A DNA stretch of 61,819 nucleotides, the filler included, from Rhabdomonas costata (lineage: Eukaryota): assembly GCA_019059605.1 (NCBI GenBank). It is 18 parts of 18 records of this genome, joined end to end, with 100 filler letters (N's around TTAATTAATTAA, not from the genome) between each part and the next. Parts side by side here need not be neighbours in the genome. Positions count along the whole stretch, not along the records: positions 34,445 to 37,781 come from JAHMHO010000974.1; positions 37,882 to 41,218 come from JAHMHO010000975.1; positions 41,319 to 44,653 come from JAHMHO010000976.1; positions 44,754 to 48,089 come from JAHMHO010000977.1; 14 more parts are not named here. One strand, given 5' to 3'. The notes under the pieces were generated by a model, which did no database searches, was not told the origin of the DNA, and was given only the letters and a program-made list of their open reading frames with translations. Position 1 is the stretch's first letter. The number at the start of each line of letters is the position of its first letter. This document shows, piece by piece, positions 35,168-47,839 of this stretch. The translations under genes and the position numbers were made by a program.

Positions 35168-37566
35168 TCAGCCCAGAAGGGGGGCGAGGGTGAATCCAAA
35201 AATCTGGTCCTGCGGGGGCACCCAGTACTCCCGGTGGACAATTGGGTCGCTGCCCATCAGCCACGACCCATCCCCGCCGACCCCTGCAAAACCCAAAAAC
35301 ACGGCCCTCCTCAGGAGAACCGCTATCTGTCACAAAGTCAAACAACAAAACCGCCTTAATTTGAGCTCCCTTTCGCTTTCCCTCCCTCTTTGCCATCAAT
35401 ACAATTCTAGAATGGTCTGCTTGCTTTTCTGTGGCTGCCGCGGCTTCACACAGGCCATATTGACACGATCCAAAAGTGGACCGAAGGTTTTTAGTTTCTG
35501 TTATAAAATCAATTAATCAGATAAATCACGGACAATGACATGGGTCTGCTCAACAGAGCTGGGCAGGAACACGGAAAAATGAGCGGGAAGAAGATAGAGA
35601 TAAGAGTGAGAGTGGGAAGGGAATGCGAGAGGGAAGGGCATAAACACAAAGGAAGGCGAGGTGGTGGCGGCGGCGGAGGAATTCATGTGGGTGCGGGCGA
35701 AGTTGAGAGGATTGAGAAGAGGATTATGATTTGACGAGTAGGACGGCTGATATGAGATATGAGTGCAAAATTGGTTTGGGATGTGCGCTATAGATGCGCA
35801 TTCATGGTGTGATGGAACCCAAACGTTACCGAGAAACACACCCATGTGGCGGTGATCCAGGTGCAGCGAGACGTAGGGGTCGGGCACCAGCTCCCCGTCG
35901 TGGCGGGTCCTCTCCAGGGTGTCCATGCTGTAGGGGCTGACACTGCCGTGGAACGTGGGCCGGGGGTCCTGCGGGCACCGCGTGGCGAGCAGCCCCGGAG
36001 CCCCGCTCTCTGCAGAGGGCAGGACGTGCAGCCACCGCAGCTCCTCCCGGCCCCCGCACTCCGAGGGCCGCACATAGGGCACGTGCATCTCCGGCAGGGG
36101 GTGTTCGTACCGGTCAACCTGCAATGAGGTTCAATATCTTACTAGCGATAACTGATGTTTCGCACATGCTCCGTCCCTCCACAGCACACTTCCACAGTAT
36201 GCCCTAATTTTGTGTGTTCCGGAACCCACCCCACCCCAACCCACCGAAGCGATGCAGAGCTACTCTGCCACAGCAGGTGTGTTGTACCCTGACCAGGGTC
36301 ACTGGGGTTGTTTTGGGTCACTGGTCAAGTGAAGAAATTTGACTTTGCGTGTGCGAAACAAAAGTTTGCGAGCAAACAATACTTTCTTTTCAACTTTTCA
36401 TCAGAAAAACAATGATGCAGCCATCTTTCTACTAACAAAAATGGGAAGTCCTTTTTGAACACGTCAACCTCCATAATACAACCGCCTTTGCATGGAGCAA
36501 CAAAGCACGACACTTGATGAGAGGAAGTTCCCACGAGCATAACTGCCCTTCAAAACCAGTCCAAAACCAATGCTTCAAGAAAACTTCGGTACAACAAGCC
36601 CCGGATGGCGCTTGGTTGCACCTGTCCAAGAAGCCAGGCAGAGAAAACCTTTGGTTCAAATCGACACTGGTTTGTGACCACGCATCCACACAAGAAGTTT
36701 CGCATGCCACCTCCTTATCAAAGTTAGTTTTGCTTGTGCGCCGCGTTTACACACCCTTTAATTTCACTCCACTTGCAATGCCGTTAGGCCGCCTTAAACC
36801 CAGCACCACCTTCTTCTCGGATTCAAATGACGCACATCCGCCACAAGCTCAAGTGAAAAAAATTGCGAACACAAGAGCACACCACGGTGCCCGCTTTGCG
36901 GTCAAGGTAGTTCTCGTGCGGACCCCGACCGAAGTAGCGCACCGAAGAGACTGCTGTGGGCAGGCCAACGTGGAGCCCCACTCGTGGCAGGCTGTACAAC
37001 TGCGCCTGGCTCCACCCTCGGAAGCTCACCTCCGTCCACAGGTCCATCGCACCCGTCCCACCTGGATGCAATGTACTGGGGTGTGATGTCGGCCACACGA
37101 AAGAGAAAGAGACACAGGGAGAATATACTTTTAAGATCAGCCCCTGCAGAAAATCCTCACTCACTCCCTCTCCTCCTCCTCCTTCAAAACGACGTGCAGA
37201 TGAAAGCGTACTGACTAACGTGCGAGAATAAAGTCTGGGAACCGCTCCAACAGGGCGAGTGCTTTGTACGTCTGGCGTCCCATATGACCAAAATGGGAGT
37301 TAACGTTTTCTGAGGTTTATTGTTACCCCCGTGCTTGAGGTTTGCAGTCCCCACACCGAATGCACCGGACCCATCAATTGTGGCCACGGCCAATTGTCGT
37401 TTTTGGTTCCGTACTTGCTGGGGTTCCCAGAAACACCATCAAAAAAGCGCACACCAAGGACATAGTGATGCGTGCAGCTGATCACGGCGCCATTTTGGCC
37501 GTAGGCCATGCCCACCTTCACCACCACAGAGCCATCCGGGGCCCTTCCCACGTCCACCCCCGTAAC
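35168..37566 (-). CDS. Beta-galactosidase, GH2/LacZ-type, C-terminal (Bgal_small) domain; exons 37566-37455, 37061-36883, 36118-35842, 35283-35168
   Basis: LPRVGL..VRYFGRGPHENYLDRK, HVPYVRPSECGGR..RW, SVSPYS..L..TRH..EL..V.LHLDHRHMGVGGDGSW, matching the LacZ C-terminus. Canonical phase-consistent introns. Confidence 0.92.
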
Positions 37567-38395
37567 CTGCAGAAAGAAAATAGGGGTGCGAGATAATTGC
37601 GCGAGTGAGTCTGCACACGAGCAAACACAGGGAATGAAGCGGCATAACGATGCCCCATGGCTCCATATGAGGAATCAACATCAGCTGTCAGCTGAATGCC
37701 AAGACACAGCACGGGAGCGAGAGATATTAAGAATATGCCTCCGTGGATCTCTTCTACCAGTGAGTCAGTGACCCCCAAAACNNNNNNNNNNNNNNNNNNN
37801 NNNNNNNNNNNNNNNNNNNNNNNNNTTAATTAATTAANNNNNNNNNNNNNNNNNNNNNNNNNNNNNNNNNNNNNNNNNNNNTTGTTGTCTCAGAACACAT
37901 AGGAGAATCTTTGAGTGGAAATTTGAGTTTGTGGTCGTCAATATTTTCAGAGTCGTTTTGACGGTGTGTAGAGAGTGGTCGATATACGAGAGAGTTTAGA
38001 GGAATGTGTGACCAGATGAAGATTGGAAGTTTAGCGCTTGAGTTGAAATGATATGAGGGCTTTGTTGCTGCAAGAGCAGGGACAAATTCTGTTGGTTATA
38101 AAATACTTCATAAAAGCTCAAGAGTTGACGAAGAAGCAGTGCATTTGGATAAGGCAGTGGAGTAAGTAACTGAAGAGATATGAGCAGTTAAATTTTGAGA
38201 AAGTTGGGCTGCTTGCCGAAGGAGATGCGAGCGGTGCTACAGCCCAGCCATGAGGCGGCGGCAAAGGCGTGACAGTGAGTGTCTAGATCCCCCGCTATGA
38301 GGCGGTTGATGAGAGCAGAATGCGATGTGGGCGTGCAAAATGTGGTGACCCTGTTTTGTACAGTTTTTTTTGTACAGGCTCAGCAAGCGCGAAAA

Positions 38396-38458
38396 AACAC
38401 ACACACATACACACACACACATACACACACACACACACAGATACACAGATACACAGAT
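38396..38458. repeat. Imperfect (AC)n microsatellite
   Basis: Direct reading. Confidence 0.9.
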
Positions 38459-41400
38459 GCCACGTTCACTCATTTCCGTCTTCTCTTCCTCCACATCATC
38501 TCAATGATTCAATTTTTTTTCTCTTTTTGCCCTTCGTCTGTTCCGACATTCTGCCGGGAAGCGCCCCTATTACAACGTTTCGGCAAAGTATGCGCCATTC
38601 AATGAATGTTGGGAAATACCGCTTTCCGAGAAGAGGAACGGATCCACAACCACACAGGAACCCCAATAGTGGATTGCCACGGCCAAAAAAGATCAGTGGA
38701 TGTGTGTTGCCATTGTGCTGGTTGCGCCCTTTGCGGACATAAAAGCTTTTCAGAAGCCGATGCTTGCGTTAAGGAAACGCACCGTCCGGAGAGTTCCTGG
38801 ATTAAACGGCGCCAACAACAGTAAAGCGCCTTGGTGGCACGCAGGTTAAGTTTTTACAGTTTGGCGTTGTGCTGTTCGCCGTGGGCCCCACGCCGTCATC
38901 GTGGAATTTTATTGGTTGGAAAATTGCCGCACTTAACGCTGAACATTTCTCTTGGAACAGGCATAGAACGTGGCAAACGACGCGTTCTCACGTTGCCATA
39001 TTATGGGCACGGTTTGGATACTGCCACTATCGATGGCCAGATTTTAAATAAATGTCCCAAAGCAAGGCAAATGGCCACGCGGAGATGAATAATTAGACAA
39101 CGAAGCAAGTGTTCATGACTGTTGGGAAGAGCTAACCTGAATATCGTGTACATGCCGGAAAACAGCAACAATCCCCAAAACAAAGTGTGCACGCTTTAGC
39201 CATCGACCCAAATAATGATACCAAAACATTGATTTTGTAGTTGACTTGTTCAAGGGAATTTTTTATAAATTGTTGCATGGTGCGTCTGACTGTGCAGTGG
39301 TAGACCCAGGGTGACTCGATGTAAATAAGAGTAAACGTGAGCTTCAGAAGGTGCGTTGTGCATTCTAGATGGGCTGTAGTCAGTTTTATGAATGAACGTA
39401 CCAATAAATTTTATGTGAGTATTGGTGCTCACGCTCAATAGCGTAGATTTCGCAAATGTTTAAGTAAATATTGAATGACTCTGCTAGTAACTGACTTTTG
39501 AATGAAAAGGCGGAAATGGAGCGTTGCAAACGAGAGCCAAGGTTTTGGTGAATACGCGGATTTATGACGCCGCTGTGTAATAGAAAGTTGCTGGAGATAA
39601 AATTGATAAGTATAGGTGGGCTTTTTAGAGAAAAAGTTGGAGTCATGGGAGTAGTCCGTGATGGTAGTACTGCGCTGCAAAACAATAAGGAGCATAAAAA
39701 GTGATGAAAATAGTGCCTGAAAAGACAAGGTGCAGAACATCGTTGTTGTATAAGAGTACAGTTGCAGATTCAAAGAAGTAAATTAATAATAGAAAAGCGT
39801 CATACACATGGAAGGTACAGAATGTCGACGTCAATCATGGGAAGCCAGAATCGAAGAGCACGTTGCTGGAAAAAGTCAGACCAAAGTTGCCTTTGTGTAA
39901 AAATGCCGATACGGATAGATGAGTTGTAAACGCCGTGCCAAGAATTGAGAAAAGAAGAATGGAAACGGAGATTTAATGTACGATGAAGAGGAATAGCAGC
40001 AGCCTTGATAAGAATTGTGGAAACGTTCAGAATGGAGGGATAAGAGAAATGAACTGAATCGAGTGCCAAATGCAATTACCAAATAGTCTTCGGATCAATG
40101 AGGCGTGTTGCATTGAAGCAATATTTTTGCACAAGATTGTTGCATGAAAGTAAGTGTAATAGGTAAATCTCCATGATCACAATAAACATTTCAAACGTGG
40201 AGCAATATAATGAAAGATGACTAATACAGAAGAATAATCTTGAATACATTTATGGAAGCTGTTTTCCTCATCTTTGCTCAACTATTAATTAGTGTTATCC
40301 TCGAGACAAAAATGGAATTGAAAGTGTCTGAGAAGAAGATTTATGTTTGCCTTCTGTTTTTTTGCTCTTTTTGCTTCACGTGGTAAATAATGTTGCAATG
40401 GATAAGTGCAGAGGCAAAATCCAGCTCATAACACAGAATGCGGTTGAATCATGTGAGTGTAGTCTGTTTCTGTGGTTGGTGAGAACGCTGATATGATGGC
40501 AGTGTTGCGGCGCAAGTGCTGCTAAAAAAAGACAAATTTGACATCAGATTCGCACCAAGCCCGCTCCTGAGGACTTGAGTCGCAGCACCAAGTTTCTCTC
40601 ACACGCTTGTCTTCTGACGCAAGTATACGCACTACCGTTTGTAAAAAAAGGCGGTCTGGGAGACGCCCATTGTAAATCGGGAAAGCTATACGTGGCAAAG
40701 AAATTATATAAATAAAGTGAATGAATGTGTAGCAGTGGCATACGCCGGACGCAAGTGAGTTAGCAAGCATGAGATTTGCAGTCTTTGGCTGATGCCTGGC
40801 CTTTGATCAACTGACAAGAGATTTTTAGGCGGTAATAATCAGTTAAAATGGATTCTGAGGTGGACTAATAACTGGTTAGAAGAGCAAAAATCCGAATTTC
40901 CAATGCAAAAACCTAAGAAGACAATAACAGAAGCAGGTGCCGGATATGTACTATAATTTGCCGCAAACAATCCAAGGCATGGTTTTAGACATAGGCTTGC
41001 CTAGAGTGAATCCACTCCAGCCCCCGCGAATTTTGGAATGGTGGTGTTGTGCGTGCTTCAGCCCCCTGGCGCAGCGCGGCATTTTTGGAGCAATTTGTCG
41101 CCGGGCAACTAAAAAGTTAGCCCAACCGACCCATCCGGTCTATTTCTGAGGTTGACAAGGCATCACAAAACGGAGCCTGCAATTACAAAAACATTTAGGG
41201 CAAAAAAGCATCAAAACANNNNNNNNNNNNNNNNNNNNNNNNNNNNNNNNNNNNNNNNNNNNTTAATTAATTAANNNNNNNNNNNNNNNNNNNNNNNNNN
41301 NNNNNNNNNNNNNNNNNNTGGGGTTATTATTTTTGATTTTGTATCCAATAAATTGAGTAATCAAAAGCTTTTTGTCTCTCTATTAACCTTCCCTACAAAC

Positions 41401-42712
41401 AGACACTTCTTTTCCCATTTGGGAGTTTTTTCACCGCCACTACCCTGTGCAAACCGCATTTCCAAATTTAGGGTGTTCCCCCAAAATTCAAACACAAAGC
41501 AGGACGAGTGCAATTTGTACAAAGCAGGTGGGTGGGATGAAGGAGGACCAACAAAGCTTTTGGGGAACACAGCTCTCTCAGAGGAGCAAGAAGAGCAAAG
41601 GGGGGAAAGAGAGTGCAAGTTCGAGGGGGAACAAAAATGCCTAGAAGAACGCCATTGGTGGAAAGTGGGGAAGGTCACTTATAAGAAATTCAACATGCCT
41701 GTACGTAACCAATTTACAGACGTTGAAAAAAATGAAAAAATTACAGATGATAGGTTGAAAAGAAAAAACGTACACACAATGCACACGCTCCTCTCCACCC
41801 GTTCGTAATCTAATGAGAGGGGGAACCGAAGACTCCCCACGCCAACTGCGACCCCACAGCCCGCATCCGGGCCACTGACATGCGTCCCCACAGCTCTTTC
41901 TTACAGTCCCTGATTTTACAGCCCGGGCGGGACGAGGCGGTTCTGTGTGCATATGAGGTCCAGCGAAAGCAAATGCAACTAAGGCTAATAATTTTGAATT
42001 CGGAACCTTTTAGCTGTGGAACCCTTGGTAGCAATTGCTGCCGCTTGGTTTATAACTGATTTTCCCCGTCTTCACAATGTTTTGTAGTCACCCACAAAAA
42101 AATCACGCGTGCAAGTACCGCACAACCTGCACATGCAAAGTCTTAGCATTGCATAAATGTGCAAAATTTGAAATTTAGCAAGATAAAGCGCAGCCAAGAC
42201 CTTTCTTTGATACGGGAGCGAACGAAAAAGTCAGGGGGAGCTGATTATCCTGCTGAAGAGGGATTACGGTCTGTGGAGAACAGGTCACAAACGTTTCTCT
42301 TAGGTTCGAGGTATATTTATTTTTGTCCATTGTCATGTTACAACAATGATATCACAGTATAATAATTTAACACCAAATTACTCGGAGGCTCCTTTCGCCT
42401 TGGCACCAGTCCCGCAATTGCTTGTGGGAGGCTCGCGCTCTACGAAAAGAAAAAAAACTATGAAAAAATCACTATAATTTAATTTACCTAACTTAGCATT
42501 TGCTATCAACCCCTCGAGGAAGGGGAGTTAGGGCCTACAACGAATTTCACCCGGTGCGGCGATCCCGCAAAAGAGGTGAGCTGCCTGGCTTTTGGACGTT
42601 TGGTCGGAAGCGAGTTCCACCCAGTCACTGGGAGAGGTTGTTAACAAGCTGGAGCGGGCAGCGGCACCTTTTTGGGTTGAAGCTCACTCTCTCAAATACA
42701 ACTCTCCTGCAG

Positions 42713-44339
42713 CCCCCGAGGGCATTCCTTGAACTTCGTAAACCTCCAGATATCTTGTTGGCCATCGGGCGGGCGCCTTTCATTTCAGCCCAGCTTGAGG
42801 CTGTTCATGAAAAGGTTAGAAAAGTTGGAGGCCCTATTGCAGAAGCTGAAGTCTTGGTGGACCTCAGGCGTCACACAATTTGCGCCAATGTCTCGTCTCG
42901 GTGCAGGAAAAGCTGTCCACCTGTGGAAAAGTAACTGTTGCGCGCAGCGGACTCCCAAGCATTGTGCCACTTCCGTTTGGGGGTTCCATTTTTGGCTCGC
43001 GCTGGCTGTGGATGTGGTTTCGAAAACGATGACAGTGGCGGTAGCGCGTGACGTGGCGTGTCCTGGGGTTTGCAGCGATGGCGGGCCTTGGATCGCAATG
43101 GTGAGCGTTATGGGAGCATTATCCCAATCGGTGTTCGAGCGTGATGCTCAAATCGGTCAATTGGGTCATTTTCCCGTGTTTTTGCTCTCCGGTTATTGGC
43201 AGTCTGGTTGACGGTTTGAATACGTCACGCCTACGCCCCCCCTCCCGAATTCCCTCGCACCCTCCGACTCCAATTTATTGTTTCAGCTCTTTGCCTTCCA
43301 CTTTGTTTTCCCTTGTGTTTTTGTTTGTGACAGGGCTGTGACTTTGTTCAGTTTTAAAAGCTAATGCAAAATCGCTGAAAATAATAGCGCCGAGGTTCAA
43401 GGAGAGCGATAATCGGATACCTTCGACGTTCTTTTTTGAGCCTCAATAAAAGCTATAAATGTGGGCAAGCAAGGCAAGCATGGGGTCTTTGTATGTTCAA
43501 CGCTACTACTAAAAACTTTACAGCACCAATGTTACAGGCAAACCTCCCTAAGCAAAATATAGCACAATGCACCCCCCTCCTTTTTTTTTTGCATGAAACA
43601 GCACCCCAATTGTAAAAGGATGATAATAGTGCTGCTCTTTTTTTTTTGCCGCAAGTGGACCACATGCCCCGGGCCCGAGCGTTTTTTCTGGACCTGTGCC
43701 ACAACGTCCTGCTTTGTCCTGCTTTCCTTCAGGAATATCTTTCGATCTTCCTCCGCGGTACGAGTTCATTAGACTACTTGGTCAAGGTGGTTTTGGCCAT
43801 GTCTGGTATTGCCTTCAATGTCTGCGTTTTCTTCCTGAGCTTTCTCCTGAGCCTTTCTGAAACTATGAAAATTCTTCTGTCGACGCATTTAGCGCCAACC
43901 CTAACCCTAACCACAATTATCCACTTTCTCACCCCTTGCTGTTTGTGTTGCCTTGCGTGGGCGCATGTTCTCTGCTCGCGTTTTTTAGCTCCGCCTTTGA
44001 CAAGCAAGTGGTTCTGCAGCACAAGTACAATGGAGACGGTCGAAAGAAAGCCTTCAAGATCAGCTTCAAACACATTTCCACTGACGATGCGAAGTACATC
44101 AGAGCAACGGTCTCGTTTCATGACTTTTTGTTTGTTTTCAATTGTTTGAGAGTCTGTACATTTGGGTTTTTCATTGGTCATTGTCCAACAGGTTGGTGGA
44201 GTTCCTCAGCCGTTTCGGCTGACCACTCCTCCGGGAGAAGTGTGGCCTTTCTATGTTGAGTTCAATGCTCCTCCTCCGAAAGGCGCCGAGATCAAAATTC
44301 AGACTCACGACATGGTTGCCATCAAGCGAGTCGTGGACG
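42713..44339 (+). CDS. MAP kinase (CMGC), N-terminal part, with a large insertion in the N-lobe; exons 42713-42889, 43076-43100, 43733-43805, 43989-44109, 44192-44339
   Basis: Spliced product ...RWRALDRNG|ISFDLPPRYEFIRLLGQGGFGHVC|SAFDK-[~70 aa]-THDMVAIKRVVD. FxxPPRY, GxGxxGxVCSAxD and VAIK are MAPK subdomain I-II signatures. All introns are GT-AG and in phase. Confidence 0.85.
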
Positions 44340-45046
44340 GTGCGATCTCCAACCCCCCCCCCCGATTTTCTAAACTTTGAACTCTGAGGTCTTGGAGTTT
44401 TCGAAACTCTTGGCTGACATTTAATTGATCTTTGAGGATTCTTTGCGAGGTCGCTTGAACGCAGGATGGAGGATTTTCAATCTTCTCCTCGTAAAGGGAA
44501 AAACGTTGAACTTTGAATTGGGTGACCTTGGATGAAAGAGCCTTTGAATGAGCCTTTGAATGAGCTTTTTTGGTGGTTTGTTCAACCCTTTTTTATACTT
44601 GAAACAAAGTGTGTATTTGCATGTATTTGCACAGTTTTCTACGACGCACAACANNNNNNNNNNNNNNNNNNNNNNNNNNNNNNNNNNNNNNNNNNNNTTA
44701 ATTAATTAANNNNNNNNNNNNNNNNNNNNNNNNNNNNNNNNNNNNNNNNNNNNGGGGTGGGGGTCTCCATGTTCGGCTTTTTTAGTCCCACGAACACCGT
44801 GGTGGTCATGTTCCATGGTCATTTTGTGAGTCATTTTGTGTGCTCAGAAGTTCTGTGTCTCTCCCGTACCCCTTTTTTGGTTTTTTGGTTTTGTGTGGCA
44901 TCCGTTCCATTTTCCTGCCACTGCCTGCATCAAGTATATGCGACGTCCTGCTGTGGACGCTGCCTGGTTAACCAATTCCTCGCTTGGGTTCGTATAGTTG
45001 GTCCTGCCTCTTTTGTGCATCGAACCGGTGTGCGATTTCTTCCCAG

Positions 45047-45861
45047 GGAACAACGGAAGACACTCCTGAACCGCATCTCAGCCGTTCTTCAGCCCTCTGG
45101 CCGTCTGTGCATTGTGGACCTGGTGAATGGCGTTGATATGGTGAGGAGCCTTCCTTCTCACCTCCTGCCATCACCCTCCCATCCACTTTTATTTCTTGAC
45201 CTCCCGCAGTGGGGCCCGAATGGCTTTCTGTGCGTTTTTATCCTGTAACGATGTGGTAAGCTGCTGGCAAGAGTTCAAGGCTTGGTGTTGCCGGGGAAGC
45301 GATCTAGGGGCGGTGCCCTGAATCTAAATGCTCAAAGGGTTGTGTCTTTTGTTTAGGGAGGGAGTTGCGTTCCTCTGGGCTCTCTACTGGTTGCTGCCCA
45401 CCGCAAAGATGCTGCTGTCATGACTCTGGAGCACTACCAGAGGTCCACGTGATCCACACTCCCAGTTTCCTGTGCTCTTGCTTCTGGAATTCTGTGTACA
45501 AATTCATCAATTTCTCTGTAAACTGTAAAATGGATGAGAAGTTTGCAAGCGATGTGAAGCATGGCGGAAGGCATCACATGTCAGCACAGTATTAGCGTAT
45601 TCCCACGTTTTTTTCATTGGTTTCTTTTCCATTTTAAATGATTTGATTGCGCTTTTGACCTGTCATTCAAAGCACAACTTTCAGTTGGTGCACCTCACGT
45701 CACGGGGCGGAATTTTCCCCTTTTTAATTTGCTGGACTGGTGCTTTGGTGTCGTACAGGCTGCTAACCTCAGGGGGGTACATTGCTCCCTTGATCCACAC
45801 GGTGGAGGGAACTCCACTGACGCTGCTCATCACTGCAAAGAACGTCGTGGGCCGCGTGTAG
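45047..45861 (+). CDS. SAM-dependent O-methyltransferase (Methyltransf_2-like), 3' exons 45047-45140, 45357-45442, 45759-45861
   Basis: EQRKTLLNRISAVLQPSGRLCIVD (post-motif III 'L.PGGRL.I.D') and TLEHYQR|LLTSGGY ('RT..EY..LL..AGF'). Phases are consistent. Confidence 0.7.
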
Positions 45862-46701
45862 GCTCCTCTGGGTGCTCCCTGCCACCCCGGAACAGCATAT
45901 ATGGATTCCCGTTGAAGTCTTGAGAACACAGCAGCAGCTGGCAAGTACGCGGTAACATTGACTGATCCCTTCTTCCTGCTTCCTTGAAATGACAGCCTGT
46001 TCTACTGCAACGCTCTGAGAACTTGTCCAACCCCACCCACACACGCGCACACACTCACATGCACACTCGCATGCGTTCCACGGGTCGGTTTGCATTGACG
46101 GTACAAAATGGTGTCTCTTCTCCAGCCCCCGCAGTTTATGTCAAAAAAAGAAATGCCGCTTATTTTATTGCTGCTGAAAGCGAACAGGGGCTTCAGGGGA
46201 AATAAGGAATTTCGCTCCCTCGAATTTGCAGTTCATGTTGGAGAGATGACTAGTTTGTCATCCTATTCGAGGACATTGGAAGATAGTGTGCTCTGTGCTT
46301 GCTCAGGATTTCCTTGTTTTGCTTCTTTTTCTTCTGTGGACGTGAACCCTTCCGATGTCTGACTCACCCACTGTGGTTTTACGCAAGGTGCTGTGCATTG
46401 GTGTGAAGTGTTTGCAGCTGGGGATGCGCGGAGATTTTACGCCGAAAAAATCTTTTGTTGGTCGCTTTCGCACACAGAGGATGTGCGTGTCGGGTAGAAC
46501 GTTGACATTGTGATTGGGATGCTGTTATAAAGTTGCACTCCCCTTTCTTTCACATTTATTCCTCCTCTCAAAGATCCCAGCACGCCGCAAAACAACCGAC
46601 CAGACGTGGTGATTAATTTGCCTTCCTGTCCATGATGTGCGGTGAGATGAGGCGCACGTTCCGACATGTGGTGTGCGTATGGGATGCGCATAGCAACTCG
46701 C

Positions 46702-47839
46702 ATGCATGCCAAGGTGCCCCGGTTCAACACCCGCTCCAACAACCTCGTCGCGTTCTGGAAGGGGGAGTGGTACCGCATCAGGATTGTGCGGGTGTGTTGT
46801 TGCCTCTGCGGCAAGCGAGCGGCCCCACGGTACCTTTAATGTGCGTCTATTCCGAGCATCAAGGTTGCATATTGCCCGGTAGCTCCATGTCGCCTCTATC
46901 AGTTTTTTTCCGCTGATGGTGCATACTCAAAATACTCGTCAACCTGTGTCTCTCCTCTTTTCGCGCGATGCGGCTTGTGTTCACAACAACTTGGAATTTC
47001 AGGCTGAACTTTTGGTGAATAAACGCTTTCTATCAGGAGGGGGGGGGGCTTCACAGTCCTGCTTGGACTACTGTGCGCTATTGATGCCTTTTAAACCTTG
47101 CTACTCTAGACTCAAGAAGACTCACACCACCCGCTCACCCATACATTTGATTTCACAAATGGTCCTGGCTCTTCAGAACGCGAAGAAGCGCAACGCGGCG
47201 GGGTATTGGCTTTACGAGATCCGCTGGGAGGGCTACGCCAACGAGTCTTCCCCAGGGCAACTGCCCTCCAACGAATCCACGTGTGTCTTTGTTTGTTGGC
47301 ACATAGTTTTTGCTCCTTTGGTTCCTTTCCTTTCCTTTTGCCCTTCTCTGAAATTGCAATTCTGTATAAAAAAATTGAGTTTCGCATGCGTCTGCGCCCC
47401 TGACCCCGCCTCCTGCATTTAATATTGCCGCCGCTTCTGCACAGAGTGCCTCGGAGTCCCTGTATTGCTTGCACACTGTTTTTCAGTTTCTTTTTTTGCT
47501 GTAAAGTTTTGTCTTTTCCTCTCCTCCAAACTGTAACCGTAGCCTAGCTGTTGATGATTGGCGTGTGAAGAGAAGGAGCGTGTGCTGTTTGTGTCGGTAG
47601 TGCCTTTCTCGTCTCCGGCATTTGGCTCTTTCCGCTTCGTCACGGTCTGTGGTGAATTTGAAATATTTGGAGTGCTTAGAAGCAAATATAATATAGGGTC
47701 GGACGATGTCTTATGTATCATTCCCACCCAGTGCTCAGTCAGAAAAATCCCCATTATCGTGGATAGGTACCCTGAAAACTGGATCTGGAGAAGGGGAACC
47801 ATCCCGCGCTCCTCCCGCGGTGTCCCGCAGGCTCCAGAG
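46702..47839 (+). CDS. Tudor-knot / chromo-barrel domain protein, 5' exons 46702-46791, 47177-47244, 47767-47839
   Basis: Spliced PRFNTRSNNLVAFWKGEWYRIRIVR|NAKKRNAAGYWLYEIRWEGYANE|YPENWIW, fitting the Royal-family barrel pattern 'V.A.W.G.WY.A.I...Y.V.W.GY'. Confidence 0.6.

Noticed and set aside
37062-37454. Possible non-canonical intron in the beta-galactosidase gene
   Set aside because: A canonical phase-1 GT-AG solution (37454-37062) gives YVLGGTGAMDL, which fits LacZ.
43897-43912. Telomere-like CCCTAA repeats
   Set aside because: Only about 2.5 units in an intron, which is too short to be meaningful.
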